Assembly (NCBI GenBank): GCA_963675495.1
Contig: OY776215.1
Coordinates: 1,632,001 to 1,696,000 of the forward strand
Reading direction: 5' to 3'
DNA length: 64,000 nucleotides
From: an uncultured Methanolobus sp.
Lineage (GTDB): Archaea; Halobacteriota; Methanosarcinia; Methanosarcinales; Methanosarcinaceae
The first letter of the stretch is position 1, and each line of letters begins with the position of its first letter. The notes under the pieces are model-generated. The model did no database searches. It was not told the DNA's origin and saw only the letters and a list, made by a program, of their open reading frames with translations. A program made the translations under genes and the position numbers. Shown here piece after piece: positions 62,060 through 64,000 of this stretch.

Positions 62060-64000
62060 ATGGCTGAGGATGATAATTTTTCAACTAACGCTCAAGAGCC
62101 TACTTTGCAGGAGCAAGTTCATGAACACAAAGTAGCCAAAGGCAAGCTTTTCGGTACCTTTGATGGTGTTTTCACACCAACAATGCTCACAATCCTGGGA
62201 GTGATAATGTACCTGAGAGAAGGATGGATAGTTGGAAATGCAGGTCTTCTGGGTGCCTGGCTCATTATTTTACTTTCATGTAGTATCACATTCCTAACGG
62301 GATTGTCACTCTCGTCAATCACAACAAATATCCGTATTGGTGCAGGTGGTGCTTTCTCTATAATATCTCAATCATTGGGACTTGAAGTAGGAGGAAGCAT
62401 CGGCATTCCACTTTATCTGGCACAAGCTCTTGCAGTGGCCATGTATATATTTGGATTCCGTACCGGCTGGCAATGGATCTTCCCAGACCATCCGGCAATT
62501 CTTATAGATCTTGGTACTTTTGCAGCTCTTTTCATCATTGCTTACATAAGTGCCACTCTTGCATTCAGGATCCAGTACGTAATTATGGCAATCATTGCCG
62601 GTTCCCTAATCTCCGTATTCTGGACGTTATATTCGGTCCCGTTGCAACAACCCATAACATGGTGGGGAACATTTCCGGGTTCTCCTGAGAACATGTTCAC
62701 AGGAATTGGGTTCTGGGCACTTTTTGCAGTGTTCTTCCCTGCAGCCACAGGTATAATGGCCGGAGCGAACATGTCAGGAGAACTGAAAAACCCACGTAAA
62801 AATATTCCTGTGGGTACCATGTCAGCGATTATATTAAGCACAATAATTTATCTTTTGCTGGCTTACTGGCTTATACGCTCTGCAACCCCAGGTGAACTTG
62901 TCAGCAATTACACTATAATGATAGACAAGGCCGCATGGGGTCCTATAGTTGTGGCAGGCCTACTTGGAGCAACATTTTCTTCTGCGCTATCTTCCATCGT
63001 TGGTGCACCAAGAATATTGCAAGCTCTTGGAGATAGCCAAATTCTTCCAAAAAGCAAATGGTTCTCTATAAGAACACAATCTGGCGAACCCAGAAACTCT
63101 ATAATATTCACAGGTATTATTGTACTTCTTGCATTGATGCTTCGAGACCTCAATGCTATTGCTCCTCTTATTACCATGTTCTTCCTGCTCACATATGCAA
63201 TGATCAATGTTGTGGTGTTCATGGAGCAAAGTCTGAACCTGGTAAGTTTCAGGCCTCTTTTCAGAATACCCCGGGCTGTATCATTCCTTGGAGCAGCAGG
63301 TTGTCTCTTTGTCATGTTCACAGTAAACTCTACATTCAGTCTTGTGGCAGTGGTAATTGTTGTATCTATACATAGTGTTCTTTTGCGCAAACATCTTAAA
63401 GCACCTTTTGGAGATGTGCGCAGCGGACTTTTTGTAGCACTGGCTGAATGGGCAGCAAAAAGAGTTAATGAGCTTACTGCATCCAGGGAAAGAGCATGGA
63501 GAGCAAACATATTGGTTCCTGTGGAAGACCCACAAGAACTAAGAGGTATGTTCAATCTGATAAGAGACATCGCCTATCCAAAAGGGTTTATCAAACTTTT
63601 AGGTCTGACTGGCAAAGTAGAAGACAAGGAACTATATTCAAGACTACCGGACATCACACAATCATTTCAGGATGAAGGTGTTTTCTCATCATGGACGATA
63701 ATAGATGTCCCAGCTTTTGAAGATAACCTTATTGCAGGTATGGAAGCTCTGGGGGGGGCATTTTTCCGCCCAAATATCATACTCCTGACACCACCATTAG
63801 CAAAAGAGCGAGAAGAGGACATTAGGATACTTGTACAAAAGGCATTGCAGAACCATATAGGTGCTGTGATATATGCAGCTCATCCGAAATCCGGCCTTGG
63901 AAGACATAAATCTATCAACCTCTGGATAGATGACAAAAGCCCGGACTGGGAGATCAGCATGAACCTCGGAAATATGGACCTTGCAATTCTAATAGCATAC
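62060..64000 (+). CDS. Cation-chloride cotransporter (SLC12-like) APC-family protein, 3'-truncated by window
   Basis: Read from DNA: FGTFDGVFTPTMLTILGVIMYLREGWIVG, GAGGAFSIISQSLG, FFPAATGIMAGANMSGEL, GAPRILQA; frame appears open to the window end. Confidence 0.88.
   Translation, partial: MAEDDNFSTNAQEPTLQEQVHEHKVAKGKLFGTFDGVFTPTMLTILGVIMYLREGWIVGNAGLLGAWLIILLSCSITFLTGLSLSSITTNIRIGAGGAFSIISQSLGLEVGGSIGIPLYLAQALAVAMYIFGFRTGWQWIFPDHPAILIDLGTFAALFIIAYISATLAFRIQYVIMAIIAGSLISVFWTLYSVPLQQPITWWGTFPGSPENMFTGIGFWALFAVFFPAATGIMAGANMSGELKNPRKNIPVGTMSAIILSTIIYLLLAYWLIRSATPGELVSNYTIMIDKAAWGPIVVAGLLGATFSSALSSIVGAPRILQALGDSQILPKSKWFSIRTQSGEPRNSIIFTGIIVLLALMLRDLNAIAPLITMFFLLTYAMINVVVFMEQSLNLVSFRPLFRIPRAVSFLGAAGCLFVMFTVNSTFSLVAVVIVVSIHSVLLRKHLKAPFGDVRSGLFVALAEWAAKRVNELTASRERAWRANILVPVEDPQELRGMFNLIRDIAYPKGFIKLLGLTGKVEDKELYSRLPDITQSFQDEGVFSSWTIIDVPAFEDNLIAGMEALGGAFFRPNIILLTPPLAKEREEDIRILVQKALQNHIGAVIYAAHPKSGLGRHKSINLWIDDKSPDWEISMNLGNMDLAILIAY

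Overview
Gene-dense archaeal chromosomal segment, most likely from a methylotrophic Methanosarcinaceae methanogen (Methanolobus-like). This is inferred from mtbA, an MtmB homolog, aRF1, Taw1, the HMG-CoA synthase/thiolase/DUF35 cluster, a PGF-CTERM protein and rare TAG stops. I find about 64 CDSs and no recognisable rRNA, tRNA, CRISPR array or transposase. Housekeeping blocks (leuC-family, hisE, hxlB, purH, mevalonate genes, metG, argS, aRF1, taw1) flank accessory blocks (27-39 kb and 41-51 kb). Highlights: (1) a pyrrolysine-free MtmB homolog (Met at the Pyl site) divergent from mtbA; (2) a cyanobacterial-type 2-oxoglutarate decarboxylase/succinic-semialdehyde dehydrogenase candidate operon; (3) a candidate ~70-nt sRNA with its own promoter and terminator; (4) two genes that appear to start at ATA; (5) a P-loop ATPase-MscS-cation/chloride cotransporter module; (6) Cas4-like and Fic proteins with degenerate active sites. 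All product calls come from motif recognition by eye, not database searches.
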